Shown here: positions 1-9,514 of the stretch, piece by piece | Numbering within the stretch: position 1 is the stretch's first letter | Layout of the letters: the number at the start of each line of letters is the position of its first letter | Assembly (NCBI GenBank): GCA_030586555.1 | Contig: JAURAC010000002.1 | Span: 1-64,000, forward strand | DNA from: Candidatus Subterrananammoxibius californiae | GTDB taxonomy: Bacteria; Planctomycetota; Brocadiia; Brocadiales; Subterrananammoxibiaceae | Length of the DNA: 64,000 bases | Reading direction: 5' to 3' | Made by a program: the position numbers and the translations under genes | Notes under the pieces: generated by a model | What the model was told of the DNA's origin: nothing | The model's database searches: none | What the model saw: the letters and a program-made list of their open reading frames with translations, nothing else

Positions 1-1138
1 TGCCTATCCATGCCTCGTAAGAGTTCGGCGTAAGCGCTATGGCATCATTAAAAGATTTAACTGCTTCATCGTATCTCCCCAGGCGTACAAATGCACTGCC
101 TTTGCCGACCATAGCTTCAGGGGTATCTGGTCTAAGCTTGATAGCCTCTTCAAAGGCTTTCCTTGCCTCTTCGGTTTTACCCATAGCCAAAAGAACATCT
201 CCCTTGCTGGTCCATCCCTTGATATAATCATATCGGATTTGGTTCACCTTGTCAAAGGCTTCGACAGCCTGTTCGTACTTTTTCTGTTCAACATAAACAA
301 AGGCTTTGTTATACCAGGATTCATAAGATGTAGGAGCTATCTGAAGCGCTTTGTCATAGGCTGAAATTGCTTCGTCATATCTCTTAAGGCGGCTAAGGGC
401 AAGTCCCTTATTTGTGAACGCATCATAGGCATCTGGTTTGTAATATGCTGCCTTGTCAAATGCCTCCACTGCCTCGCCGTATCGCTGAAGGCGCATAAAA
501 GCAAGCCCTTTATTGCTCCATGCAAAATAGGAATCCGGTTTAATCTCAATCGCCTTATTCAACGTTTCTATTGCTTCCTCATTTCTTCCAGTATCGCCAA
601 GCAAAAGGCCCTTATCCGTGTAAGCGGCGTGGTGTTTTGGGTCAATCTCGATTGCCTTGTTATACGCCTCTATAGCCTCGTTATACTTCCTGATGCGTGT
701 CAGGGCATTGCCTTTATTAAGCCAGGCTTCGTAGGCATTAGGCCTTATCTCGATAGCCTTATCGTATGCCTTTATAGCTTCCGTAACTGCCTTATCGTGG
801 TCTTCCTCAACCCTAACCAGTGAAAGGCCCTTATTGAGCCATGCGTCAAAGAAATTCGGTTGAATCTCTGTTGCCTTGTCAAATGCTTCTACTGCTTCCT
901 TGTATCTTCCCAGTCCGTCGAGCACGACCCCCTTTCCGTACCACGTCTTATAGGCATCTGGTTTGATTTTAAGCGCCTGGCCATACGCATCGAGAGCCTC
1001 GTTAAATTTCTTCTCACGCAAAAGTTCCGCTGCCCTGGTTATCCATGATTGGTATTCATCCTGGGCACCGACTCCTTGTAGCAAAAGGTTACTGACAAGT
1101 AATAACAAAATACCGTTTAATAATACTCGCTTAATCAT
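1..1138 (-). CDS. Exported tetratricopeptide-repeat (TPR) protein, runs off the left edge (3' truncated)
   Basis: Not in the ORF track; translated by hand from ATG 1138 with RBS AGGAGG upstream. MIKRVLLNGILLLLVS signal peptide, then about ten TPR-like units (AW.NKG..L..L.RY.EA..AYDKA..I.P). Confidence 0.9.
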   Translation of the reverse strand, partial: MIKRVLLNGILLLLVSNLLLQGVGAQDEYQSWITRAAELLREKKFNEALDAYGQALKIKPDAYKTWYGKGVVLDGLGRYKEAVEAFDKATEIQPNFFDAWLNKGLSLVRVEEDHDKAVTEAIKAYDKAIEIRPNAYEAWLNKGNALTRIRKYNEAIEAYNKAIEIDPKHHAAYTDKGLLLGDTGRNEEAIETLNKAIEIKPDSYFAWSNKGLAFMRLQRYGEAVEAFDKAAYYKPDAYDAFTNKGLALSRLKRYDEAISAYDKALQIAPTSYESWYNKAFVYVEQKKYEQAVEAFDKVNQIRYDYIKGWTSKGDVLLAMGKTEEARKAFEEAIKLRPDTPEAMVGKGSAFVRLGRYDEAVKSFNDAIALTPNSYEAWIG

Positions 1139-1154
1139 AGTTAACCTCCTTGTA

Positions 1155-1222
1155 ATAGTTCATGGCTCATAGCTCATACCACCACATCAACTATGTGCTA
1201 TGAACTATCAACTATGAGCTAT
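1155..1222. repeat. Degenerate heptamer mirror array (ATAGCTC-type then GAGCTAT-type units)
   Basis: atagttc atggctc atagctc ... aactatg tgctatg aactatc aactatg agctat; the two halves are complementary. Confidence 0.7.
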
Positions 1223-1242
1223 TTAGCCTCTTTACCTTTATA

Positions 1243-2499
1243 TTATTCTAAACTTCCTTCATTAAGAACATAATAGGGTGTATCTGAAGTAGGATAGGAA
1301 AACAATTTTGCAGTATAAGTAACTGTATCGCCTTCGGCAATTCTCATTATCTTAGTAGCCTTTTTTATACTAAACCTTACTTCTACATCAGTATCCAACC
1401 CGCCTGAGTCGGCCTTATGCCTGAAACCAATTCTTGTCCCCTTTACAAGCCCTAACAATGTGTAGGTGACTTCGCCTGTCCATTTTACATATCGTCCCCA
1501 ATACTGAGCGACCCAGAGTGCATTCTTTTCAACATCTGAAAGGGCACTATCTTTACCAAAGATTTTATCTAACTCCTCAAAAGCTATATCTACGAAACTT
1601 TCAGGGGACTCTTTCTCACCATCCCCTTTATCCCCTCCCATCAATGGAGGGGGAAGTTCCCTCTCCCCTTGTGGGAGAGGATCAGGGTGAGGGCTGTTTG
1701 ATGGAGAATCATTAGTCGTAAGTGCGGCAGGTTGTTTTTCGTCTGTCACAGTCTCTGTATCCATTATCGCTGTTTTGACTTCGGTTGTTGCAGTTTGCTC
1801 CTCCAGACCTGGCTGAGGCTCTACTGTCGGTTTAGATGCTGATGCGACAGACTCCTGACTAGTGACTCCTGACCCATTACTACCTGCCCCTTGCCTCAAG
1901 TTACTTGGTGGCTGAATTACCGCAGATAGCAGTGAATCCTTTGACTCCTTTGTTGCGGTTGTTAACGTAGTTCTTCTACCGAAGAGCCTATCAAACTCAC
2001 TCTGGTATGTTTCAATTATTGCCTGGTCGTCAAAGAAAATGGCATTTTCGTAGTTATAACTTCCTTCTTCGTTTGCCAACTGATAAGGTCCCACTATAAC
2101 CAATCTGCCATCAAAGATGGCGAAACTGTTTTTCATAGCCCCCTCATTCTTCCCCTTCAATGCCTTAATGTCAAAGCCCTTTTCTTCAAGATACTTTACT
2201 TGTGAACCTTCATCTTCTAAGAGTTTTTTGTCAACGAGCAATCGGATTTTCAGCCCCTTGCTTCTTGCATTCACTAAGGCATCAGCAATTTCTCTGGATG
2301 TAAAATCGAAGGTGGCTACGTCTATACAATCTTCAGAAAGGTTAATAGCCTCAATTGTGCGATAGTTGATATTATCTCTCGGAGAAAAAAGAACCTCGAC
2401 GCCAGCCAATGCAGGCAACGGTAGGGACAAAAACACCAACATGGGCAGGATAGCCCTCAACAATAGTTTGTAGTTCGGAGTTCGTAGTTCGGAGTTCAT
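1243..2499 (-). CDS. Exported phospholipase D/Nuc-fold protein with degenerate HKD motif, low-complexity linker and C-terminal domain of unknown function
   Basis: VEVLFSP..., IDVATFDFTSREIADALVNA..KG.KIRLLVD, NYENAIF are typical of the Nuc/PLDc_2 fold. HxKxxxxD reads KNSFAIFD here. Confidence 0.75.
   Translation of the reverse strand: MNSELRTPNYKLLLRAILPMLVFLSLPLPALAGVEVLFSPRDNINYRTIEAINLSEDCIDVATFDFTSREIADALVNARSKGLKIRLLVDKKLLEDEGSQVKYLEEKGFDIKALKGKNEGAMKNSFAIFDGRLVIVGPYQLANEEGSYNYENAIFFDDQAIIETYQSEFDRLFGRRTTLTTATKESKDSLLSAVIQPPSNLRQGAGSNGSGVTSQESVASASKPTVEPQPGLEEQTATTEVKTAIMDTETVTDEKQPAALTTNDSPSNSPHPDPLPQGERELPPPLMGGDKGDGEKESPESFVDIAFEELDKIFGKDSALSDVEKNALWVAQYWGRYVKWTGEVTYTLLGLVKGTRIGFRHKADSGGLDTDVEVRFSIKKATKIMRIAEGDTVTYTAKLFSYPTSDTPYYVLNEGSLE
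1617..1694. repeat. C/G-rich palindromic repeat embedded in frame in the PLD-like gene
   Basis: CCCCTCCC..GGAGGGG and CCCTCTCCC..GGGAGAGG hairpins; translated as SPHPDPLPQGERELPPPLMGGDKGDG. Confidence 0.8.
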
Positions 2500-2748
2500 A
2501 GTTATTAGTAATGTTAGCCAGAGGCGCTTTAATAGTCAAGGCTTTTTTGAATTCCAGCTCGCCAAAAGGATTGCCTGCCCGCCATCTTTTTGGGTGGGGC
2601 GAGTCCGCCTATCGGTTTGGTGGAAAAGCAGGGAAAGCTTTTTCACAAAAAGTGTTGGTGTACTTGTGATGTTTCTGATATAAAGATGAAATAGTAGTCA
2701 AAAAGTCGCCGGGTGCGCTATGCTTAATACTATGAAGGTCTGAAGAAT

Positions 2749-4176
2749 ATGAATATCCTTATTGTTGTTACTAATCGTTATAGTGGACCTGTACCAGTTA
2801 TGCCCATCGGTGTATGCATGGTCGCAGAGGCTGCTGAGCGGGCAGGTCACCGTGTTAGGGTGTTGGACTTAATGTTTGAGCGAGACCCTCTACGCACACT
2901 GGCGTTGGAACTTAATAAAACGAATCCAGACTTAATTGGGCTTTCTATACGAAATATTGATAATAATGATATGCAAAATCCCGTGGCGTTCTTCAAAGAC
3001 CTGGGACCGCTGGTAGAAACTATTCGTAGCAGAACACAAGCAACTATCGTTCTTGGTGGTGCTGCGGTTGGTGTAATGCCAGAAGAATTGCTTCGCTACA
3101 CGGGAGCAGACTGGATGGTAATGGGAGATGGTGAAGTTATTTTCCCCAGGTTATTATCGGCGCTTTCAGAGGGTGAGATACCTGACAATATACCTGGCAT
3201 AGCATGGCTCGAGGATAACGTCTTCAGAAAAAATACAGGTTACTCAGCCCGTTTTGGGAATGGCTGTTCGGTTCCTGACTTTCATAGATGGATTAATGTA
3301 CATGCCTACCTATCCAGGTTATCTACTGTTCCAATTCAGACCAAACTCGGGTGTCACTTCAAGTGCATATACTGCACTTACAGAAAAATTGAAGGAGACG
3401 CCTATCGTTTATGTGCTCCCGAGAGTGTGGTAGATGCTATCAAAAATCTTGTTGCTATAGGACTGCGGGACATTGAGTTCGTTGATAACGTATTTAATTC
3501 ACCTTATGAGCATGCATTAGCTGTATGTGAAGGTCTTGCAAGGATAAGACCTGATGCCAGGCTACATAGTCTTGAATTGAATCCGCTCTTTATAGATGAT
3601 AATCTTCTTACGGCAATGGAGCGCGCCGGTTTTGCCGCTATCGGTATCACAGTTGAAAGTGCATCTGATATTGTTCTGAGCGGGCTCCAGAAGGGTTTTA
3701 CTATGGAAGATGTCTACAATACTGCTCAGGTTATCCAGCGTCACAAATTTCCTTGCCTCTGGATATTTATGCTTGGGGGTCCGGGCGAGACGAAGGCAAC
3801 CGTCCAGGAAACATTACACTTTGCAGAACGATTCATACGTCCGATGGACGTAGCATTTTTCACTGTAGGGATACGCATATATCCAGGAACGGAACTTGAA
3901 CATACGGCACGAAAAGAAGGGGTTCTGACACTTTCTCCCAAAGAAATGTTAGAACCAGTATTTTACATCTCCCCTACACTCGACCTGGACTGGCTGATAA
4001 ATAAAATGCACAATGTCTTAGCTGCACACATGAACTTTATCAACTCAAATTCTATCTCCCTATCATTTCTGCCAACAATTAATCGTTTGGGATATAGATT
4101 AGGAGTTAAGCCCCCTCTCTGGCGACACACGCGTCTTATACGGCATGGACTGCGATTTTTGGGAATTGGTGTATGA
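2749..4176 (+). CDS. Cobalamin-binding radical SAM enzyme (resembles the lipid-biosynthesis B12/rSAM type)
   Basis: N-terminal B12-binding domain (IGLSIRNIDN, IVLGG), CxxxCxxC motif CHFKCIYC, FVDNVFN, GGPGET, GIRIYPGT. Confidence 0.9.
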   Translation: MNILIVVTNRYSGPVPVMPIGVCMVAEAAERAGHRVRVLDLMFERDPLRTLALELNKTNPDLIGLSIRNIDNNDMQNPVAFFKDLGPLVETIRSRTQATIVLGGAAVGVMPEELLRYTGADWMVMGDGEVIFPRLLSALSEGEIPDNIPGIAWLEDNVFRKNTGYSARFGNGCSVPDFHRWINVHAYLSRLSTVPIQTKLGCHFKCIYCTYRKIEGDAYRLCAPESVVDAIKNLVAIGLRDIEFVDNVFNSPYEHALAVCEGLARIRPDARLHSLELNPLFIDDNLLTAMERAGFAAIGITVESASDIVLSGLQKGFTMEDVYNTAQVIQRHKFPCLWIFMLGGPGETKATVQETLHFAERFIRPMDVAFFTVGIRIYPGTELEHTARKEGVLTLSPKEMLEPVFYISPTLDLDWLINKMHNVLAAHMNFINSNSISLSFLPTINRLGYRLGVKPPLWRHTRLIRHGLRFLGIGV

Positions 4177-5276
4177 GAATGCTTAATAACGAAAATTTAT
4201 CCTTTTCGCATAATGCAGATACTGAAGGAACAATTCGCATAGCATCGGTAGCAGTTGCTACCCCGCCTTATATTACAAATCAAGCACAGGCAGAGGCATT
4301 TCTGATAAAACACTATACGAAAAGACTTGGTTCGAGGAATTTGGAGACCTTGCACAAGATTTTTGCTCATCCCAGTGTACTACGCCGACATATTGCTGTT
4401 GAAGACCTTGAGTGTCTCGTCAATGAACATCCAGACAGTCGCATTGCACGCTTCACATACTGGGCAGTTGACCTTTCATCTCAAGCAATCGTTAAGGCTC
4501 TAACCCAGGTTGGACTGACAGTTGATGCCGTGTCAGGATTGGTAGTTAACACCTGCACCGGATACATTTGTCCCGGTATATCAACTTATCTAATAGAAAA
4601 ATTAGGCTTATCCAATCAGATACGGGCTCATGACCTGGTAGGTAGCGGTTGTGGGGGAGCTGTTCCAAACCTACAAATGTGCGAGGACATGTTAAAAAGG
4701 TCTGACAATAATAATGTCATATTGAGTGTTTCTGTGGAGATATGCAGTGCCACATTTCAGATGGCAGATGATTTGAGTTTAATAATTTCAAATGCAATCT
4801 TTGCTGATGGTGCGGCAGCGTCTGTGCTCTGGCATCGTCCTGAGGGCTTGGCATTGATTGCCTCAGCCAGCCATTACGACCCTAAATATCGTAATGATAT
4901 ACGATATATTTACAAGAATGGGCAACTTCATAACCAGCTTTCCATTTTCTTGCCAGAATTAGCAAGTAAAACGGTTGCCAGGGTAGTGATGGAACTTTTA
5001 AAACCCAGAGGATTACAGATTAAAGACATTAAACACTGGGCTTTACATCCGGGAGGTGAAAAGGTAATCAATGCAATCAAAAATGAAGTTGGACTTTCTG
5101 AAACACAACTACATATAACACGTGACGTTTTAGCCAAGTATGGAAATATGTCTTCACCAACAGTATTGTTTGTACTACACGAAATTTTGGATAAAGGTAT
5201 TAAGCCAGGAGATTGGTGCATAATGATAGCCTTTGGTGCGGGGCTTTGTGCTCATGCCCTTCTTCTCAGGGCATAG
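4173..5276 (+). CDS. Type III polyketide synthase (chalcone/stilbene synthase family)
   Basis: Catalytic triad contexts GSGCGG (Cys), LHPGG (His), YGNMSS (Asn); FADGAAA and AFGAG motifs. Start overlaps the rSAM stop (ATGA). Confidence 0.92.
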   Translation: MRMLNNENLSFSHNADTEGTIRIASVAVATPPYITNQAQAEAFLIKHYTKRLGSRNLETLHKIFAHPSVLRRHIAVEDLECLVNEHPDSRIARFTYWAVDLSSQAIVKALTQVGLTVDAVSGLVVNTCTGYICPGISTYLIEKLGLSNQIRAHDLVGSGCGGAVPNLQMCEDMLKRSDNNNVILSVSVEICSATFQMADDLSLIISNAIFADGAAASVLWHRPEGLALIASASHYDPKYRNDIRYIYKNGQLHNQLSIFLPELASKTVARVVMELLKPRGLQIKDIKHWALHPGGEKVINAIKNEVGLSETQLHITRDVLAKYGNMSSPTVLFVLHEILDKGIKPGDWCIMIAFGAGLCAHALLLRA

Positions 5277-5324
5277 TTAAGTGGAGTACCTTTTTGAAAG
5301 CGCTCCATTTATGTACATTTGTAA

Positions 5325-5352
5325 TTGACAAAGCCTCAAAGGCATATATAAT
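5325..5352 (+). promoter_or_regulatory. Sigma70-type promoter
   Basis: TTGACA-N16-TATAAT upstream of the amidase gene. Confidence 0.6.
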
Positions 5353-5409
5353 GAAAAAAGTGCCAATTGTATCTCATGGCTCATGGCTATCAACTATGAA
5401 CTACGAGCT

Positions 5410-6060
5410 ATGAACTATTATAAGCGCAAGATGCCTGTGAGACGACGGGGTTCCAGACGCAGGAGGACAACTGAACGAAGAGTAAGGATTTTGTGCATGT
5501 GTGTGTTTGGTGTATCCTTGTGTTTTTTAATCTTTTCTATCCTGCTAAACTTCAATCTAATACGGCGTTTCCCAGGGAGGCTTGACCTTGAAAGGATTTG
5601 CAAGACGGACATACCCGAAAGTAACTGGAGGTACATCATTATTCATCACAGCGCCACTGACTGCGGAAATGCTGCAGATTTTGACAGATACCACAGGAAA
5701 GTAAGAGGTTGGAAGTACGGGCTCGCCTACCATTTTGTTATCGGGAATGGGCATGGTTCTGCTGATGGAGAAATTGAGGTTGGTGAAAGATGGAGGAAGC
5801 AAATCCACGGCGCTCATACAGCAAATATGGATTACAATCGCATAGCAATAGGTATATGTATTGTGGGCAACCTTGAGGAAGAAATGATTACGACGAGACA
5901 ATTTGATTCACTTTGCCAGATTGTCCTGTATTTATCTAAAAGATATAATATTCCTTTATCCAATTTAATAATGCATAATCAAGTTATTCAAAAGAAGGGA
6001 ACCCTTTGTCCAGGTAAGAATTTTCCTTACGATGACCTGATAAGCAAGCTTTCTGCTTGA
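5410..6060 (+). CDS. Membrane-anchored N-acetylmuramoyl-L-alanine amidase (Amidase_2/PGRP-like); start uncertain (5383/5410/5431)
   Basis: IIIHHSA, AYHFVIG, GAHT, IGICIVGN and H...CPG zinc ligands; basic N-terminus followed by a TM helix. Confidence 0.88.
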   Translation: MNYYKRKMPVRRRGSRRRRTTERRVRILCMCVFGVSLCFLIFSILLNFNLIRRFPGRLDLERICKTDIPESNWRYIIIHHSATDCGNAADFDRYHRKVRGWKYGLAYHFVIGNGHGSADGEIEVGERWRKQIHGAHTANMDYNRIAIGICIVGNLEEEMITTRQFDSLCQIVLYLSKRYNIPLSNLIMHNQVIQKKGTLCPGKNFPYDDLISKLSA

Positions 6061-6098
6061 CTCAAGACTCACGACTCAAGACTCTTGACTCTGAGGGT

Positions 6099-6174
6099 GG
6101 GGACGTAGCTCAGCTGGGAGAGCGCGGCACTCGCATTGCCGAGGTCGGGGGTTCGACTCCCCTCGTCTCCACCA
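6099..6174 (+). tRNA. tRNA-Ala (anticodon CGC)
   Basis: Cloverleaf with GGGGACG/CGTCTCC acceptor stem (G3:U70), anticodon arm CGGCA-CTCGCAT-TGCCG, TTCGA T-loop, encoded CCA. Confidence 0.97.
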
Positions 6175-6179
6175 CATAT

Positions 6180-6236
6180 GTAGGGGCAAACGGCGTTTGC
6201 CCTTCATATCCATGGGCGAATGCCATTCGCCCCTAC
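6180..6236. repeat. GTAG-family REP-like doublet
   Basis: GTAGGGGCAAACGGCGTTTGCCC ... GGGCGAATGCCATTCGCCCCTAC directly after the tRNA. Confidence 0.85.
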
Positions 6237-6322
6237 AGATAACAGAACACAGATGGTCAGATGTCTGTGTTCTGGGTGTCTGTGCTCTGTTGTCTGATGA
6301 CTGTATGGACAAAGGTGAAAGA

Positions 6323-7591
6323 ATGATATTTAGAAGTAAGATACTGACCTTAGTTGGTATGTTCATTTTTGGCTGCTTTTGCGTGGGGACGTCTAACACG
6401 CCTCAGGCTGGAGAGGTAAAGGCTAAATGGACATGCATCATTTATTTTGCAGGTGACAACTTTCTCGACTGGTTCGTCCAGCAGAACCTTGACGAACTCC
6501 GGAAGTTAGACTCTAACCATAACGTCAGGGCTGTAGTACTCGCAGACAAGACAGATAACAGGAGTTATCTCTACGAAGTCAAGAAGGAGTGCCTTGCAGA
6601 AATACCCCTGTGGCGTATTGAGCAATCCTGGGATGGCAAGGAATTAAATACAGGAGACCCTCAGACCCTCGCCACCTTCGCCTGCTGGGCGGTGGAGCGC
6701 TTCCCGGCTGAAAACTACCTCCTGCTGCTGGGCGGCTATGGCGAAGGATGGATGGGACTTCTACACGATTTTAACGACGGCGCTAAGAACGTAGACATCC
6801 TTACCCTTGAAGAGCTGGAACTGGCGCTAAAGAAGGTTACAGAAAGTATAAAGAAAATCAACGATAAGGACAGAATAGATATACTCGGCCTGGATGCCTG
6901 CTATATGGGCATGGTGGAGGTCATCTCACAGGTTAGTAAGTATGCAAAATACATCATCGCCTCCGAGAATGAAGAGTCCCTTGATGGCTGGCCCTATGAC
7001 GAGGTCTTAAAGGCATTCTTAGAAGACCCTTTTAAGAAAACCCCTGACATAGCCTCACGGATAGCCGATGCCTATATAGATTCTGCCACGAGCTCGCCTA
7101 AAAATCTTGCCAACATCTTAACCATATCCGTGGTAGACGTGGAACGCTTTGAGAAAGCAATTGAGCCCCTTAAGGGGCTTGTTCCCCTCTTAAAGGACAT
7201 CAATACAAGAGAAATAAAGAAGATGATAGATATTGACAGGCTCACCCCTTCCTTTACAGTCAGCGCCCATATAGGGGGTCGCTACGTCCCTTACAGCAGG
7301 CACTACGACCTTGGGGAATTTGTCCGCATAGCAGGGTTAAAATTCAGGGACCAGCCAGAGCTTTCGCAAAGAGCGCAAGAGCTTAAAGACGCCGTCCGTG
7401 GGGCTATAATAAAGGAGAGACATCAGAACCTGTTAGAAAAGACCCCTGAGCTAAGCGGACTTGCCATCTTCGGCATGGGCACAGAAATAGAGCTCTACAA
7501 ACAACTTGCTTTCTCTCAGCATAGCCACTGGTCTGACTTCGTAGAGGAAAGGATGAGAGCGCTGGAGAATTTATTCGGGAAGTCGAAATAA
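6323..7591 (+). CDS. Clostripain-family (C11) cysteine peptidase-like protein, exported
   Basis: WT.IIYFAGDN.L, NTGDP.TL..F..WA...FPAENY, DILGLDAC.MG..EV, ASE.EE...GWPY, SGLAIF. The usual catalytic HG reads YG. Confidence 0.85.
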   Translation: MIFRSKILTLVGMFIFGCFCVGTSNTPQAGEVKAKWTCIIYFAGDNFLDWFVQQNLDELRKLDSNHNVRAVVLADKTDNRSYLYEVKKECLAEIPLWRIEQSWDGKELNTGDPQTLATFACWAVERFPAENYLLLLGGYGEGWMGLLHDFNDGAKNVDILTLEELELALKKVTESIKKINDKDRIDILGLDACYMGMVEVISQVSKYAKYIIASENEESLDGWPYDEVLKAFLEDPFKKTPDIASRIADAYIDSATSSPKNLANILTISVVDVERFEKAIEPLKGLVPLLKDINTREIKKMIDIDRLTPSFTVSAHIGGRYVPYSRHYDLGEFVRIAGLKFRDQPELSQRAQELKDAVRGAIIKERHQNLLEKTPELSGLAIFGMGTEIELYKQLAFSQHSHWSDFVEERMRALENLFGKSK

Positions 7592-7844
7592 CACACCTAC
7601 TGAAGAAGGCAAAAGGGCAAAGAGGCAAAAAAGATTCAATAGAAAATTATGAGCAGTTCATAGTTCGTAGCTCATAGTACTGCAGGAAATCAACTATGAG
7701 CTATGCAATTTTTCATTTATATATTTCTATTTAATCCTTTAGATTACCTTTTAACCTCTTATCCTCTTAACCTTTTTACCTTTTCACCTTTCTTGTCCAC
7801 ATTTACCATTCTGAAAAAAGCTAAAATATGTGGAGGTACGAAAA

Positions 7845-8579
7845 ATGGGAAAGATTACGAAAAATAAATTTAAAAGAACAGGTATTTGCCAGATAACCAA
7901 AAAAGAATATCCTTTAAATGAGTTAATGCCCGGTTTTTCTGTTCATGAATCTGTAGCAAAATTGATACGTGAAAAATACCCTGATTGGAATCCTGAAGGC
8001 TATATTTGTATAGATGAACTGAATAAATTCAGACACGAATATATTAAAAACATACTTGAATCTGAAAAAGGAGAATGAACTGATTTAGAAAATGAAGTCA
8101 TTGAAAGCCTGAAAAAAGCCGAATTACTATCCAAAGACATAGAGGAAGAAATAAGTGGAAAGCTGTCTTTTGGGGAAAAGATTGCTGACACGGTGGCTAA
8201 ATTTGGGGGAAGCTGGGGTTTTATTTCTGCCTTCTTTGTATTTCTGGGTATTTGGATAATTGTTAACGTCTATGTTTTAATGAGAAAGCCATTTGACCCT
8301 TATCCGTTTATTCTATTAAATCTACTTCTTTCCTGCCTTGCAGCCATTCAAGCGCCGGTGATATTAATGAGTCAGAATAGATTAGAAGCTAAAGACCGGC
8401 TGCGTTCCCAATACGATTATCAAGTAAACCTGAAAGCAGAATTGGAAATCCGACACCTCCACGAAAAAATTGACCATTTGCTCATTCATCAAGGACAAAG
8501 ACTATTTGAAATTCAGCAAATACAGATTGAATTGATGGAAGAAATATTAAATTTAATAAGCAATAGGGGTAAAAAATAA
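7845..8579 (+). pseudogene. DUF1003-family membrane protein interrupted by one in-frame TGA (8076-8078)
   Basis: ORFs 7830-8078 and 8193-8579 share a frame and the gap is open (ESEKGE*TDLENEVIESL...). FGGSW, PFDPYPFILLNL, APVILMSQNR, NLKAELEI motifs. Confidence 0.85.
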
Positions 8580-8580
8580 T

Positions 8581-8697
8581 TGGGAGGGCATTGAGGAGAA
8601 GATCAACCTGCAACGCGATAGTAATAAAGCCAAAGTGTACCAGGTACGTCAGGTGCGAGCCGTTATTTTGAAGTACGAATTAGGAGGCGAGGAGTAA
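8581..8697 (+). pseudogene. hicA: 3' remnant of a HicA-type toxin gene
   Basis: Translates EGIEEKINLQRDSNKAKVYQVRQVRAVILKYELGGEE*, like a HicA C-terminal half. TAA overlaps the hicB ATG; no start or GSH motif. Confidence 0.7.
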
Positions 8698-8909
8698 TGC
8701 AAAAGTATGAAATCATCCTTTACTGGAGCAATGAGGATAAGGTTTTCGTTGCCGAGGTGCCGGAACTGCCAGGCTGCATGGCTCACGGCGAGACGCAAGA
8801 AGCGGCATTAACAAATGTAAAGGAAGCAATCCAGTTGTGGATTGATACAGCAAAAGAGTTCGGAGACCCAGTACCAGAACCCAAAGGCCGCCGCCTCATG
8901 TTGGCATAG
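8697..8909 (+). CDS. hicB: HicB-family antitoxin
   Basis: YEIILYWS.ED..FVAEVPELPGCMAHG.T.E.AL...KEAI.LWI..A...G.PVPEP. Confidence 0.92.
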   Translation: MQKYEIILYWSNEDKVFVAEVPELPGCMAHGETQEAALTNVKEAIQLWIDTAKEFGDPVPEPKGRRLMLA

Positions 8910-9045
8910 ATTTGGCCCTATTACTTCCTAAATGCGGTTTGACATTGACTTTCACTTTGTTATATTATTATAATATTTATTACATATTACGAACAAAAGT
9001 GCATATATAGGTTAAATGGTGGCATAAAGGAGGGTATACAACGCC

Positions 9046-9429
9046 TTGGTTATAGAAATAATCAACATTCCTTCAGTCGAGCTTGAGTGGTGCGAATGGG
9101 TTGCCTGGAATAATCTCAAAGTGGATGCAAGAGACACATTTGGAATCAAAGTGCCGAATAAGGCAGGTATTTATGAGGTAAAGTATGTAGATACTGAGGA
9201 ACGGCTTACTATAGGTAAGGCAAAAAATCTGAGTATGAGGGTCAAACAAGGATTGGTGAAGGGAACAATTCCTCATTCGACTGGTGAGAAAATACGTCCC
9301 AATGAGGACGTTTCAAAGATTATAGTAAGATGGGCCGTGACTGACAGACCGGCAGCAGTGGAAGAAGAACTGCACAAAAGGTATCAAGATAAGTTTGGTA
9401 AGCTTCCAAAGTACACTAAGCATACATGA
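9046..9429 (+). CDS. GIY-YIG-like nuclease domain protein (putative)
   Basis: P..AGIYEV....LTIGKA.NL..RV pattern and a C-terminal EEEL...Y...FGKLP.Y; RBS AGGAGG. Confidence 0.6.
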   Translation: MVIEIINIPSVELEWCEWVAWNNLKVDARDTFGIKVPNKAGIYEVKYVDTEERLTIGKAKNLSMRVKQGLVKGTIPHSTGEKIRPNEDVSKIIVRWAVTDRPAAVEEELHKRYQDKFGKLPKYTKHT

Positions 9430-9514
9430 CAGGTTATATTGCTGTATTATTGCATATAATGGGAGACCTGTCAAAAAAAACTCTTTTAATAGCTTCCATT
9501 TACTAACCTAAACG

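Noticed and set aside
2500..2748. Cobalamin riboswitch upstream of the B12 radical SAM gene
   Set aside because: No B12-box or GCCACTG/GGGAAG core was found. The GC-rich part matches the dispersed CCGCCA..TGGG palindromes.
6057..6322. ORFs 6057-6242, 6076-6399 and the 6197 start of the clostripain gene
   Set aside because: They overlap the tRNA and repeat arrays and are translations of non-coding elements.
8076..8078. Selenocysteine or alternative genetic code at the in-frame TGA
   Set aside because: The context suggests Leu rather than Cys or Trp, and TGA terminates many genes in this window.
8990..9017. dif-like site (ATAGGTTAAAT resembles a XerD arm)
   Set aside because: The XerC arm and spacing do not fit, and the region is AT-rich, so a chance match is likely.
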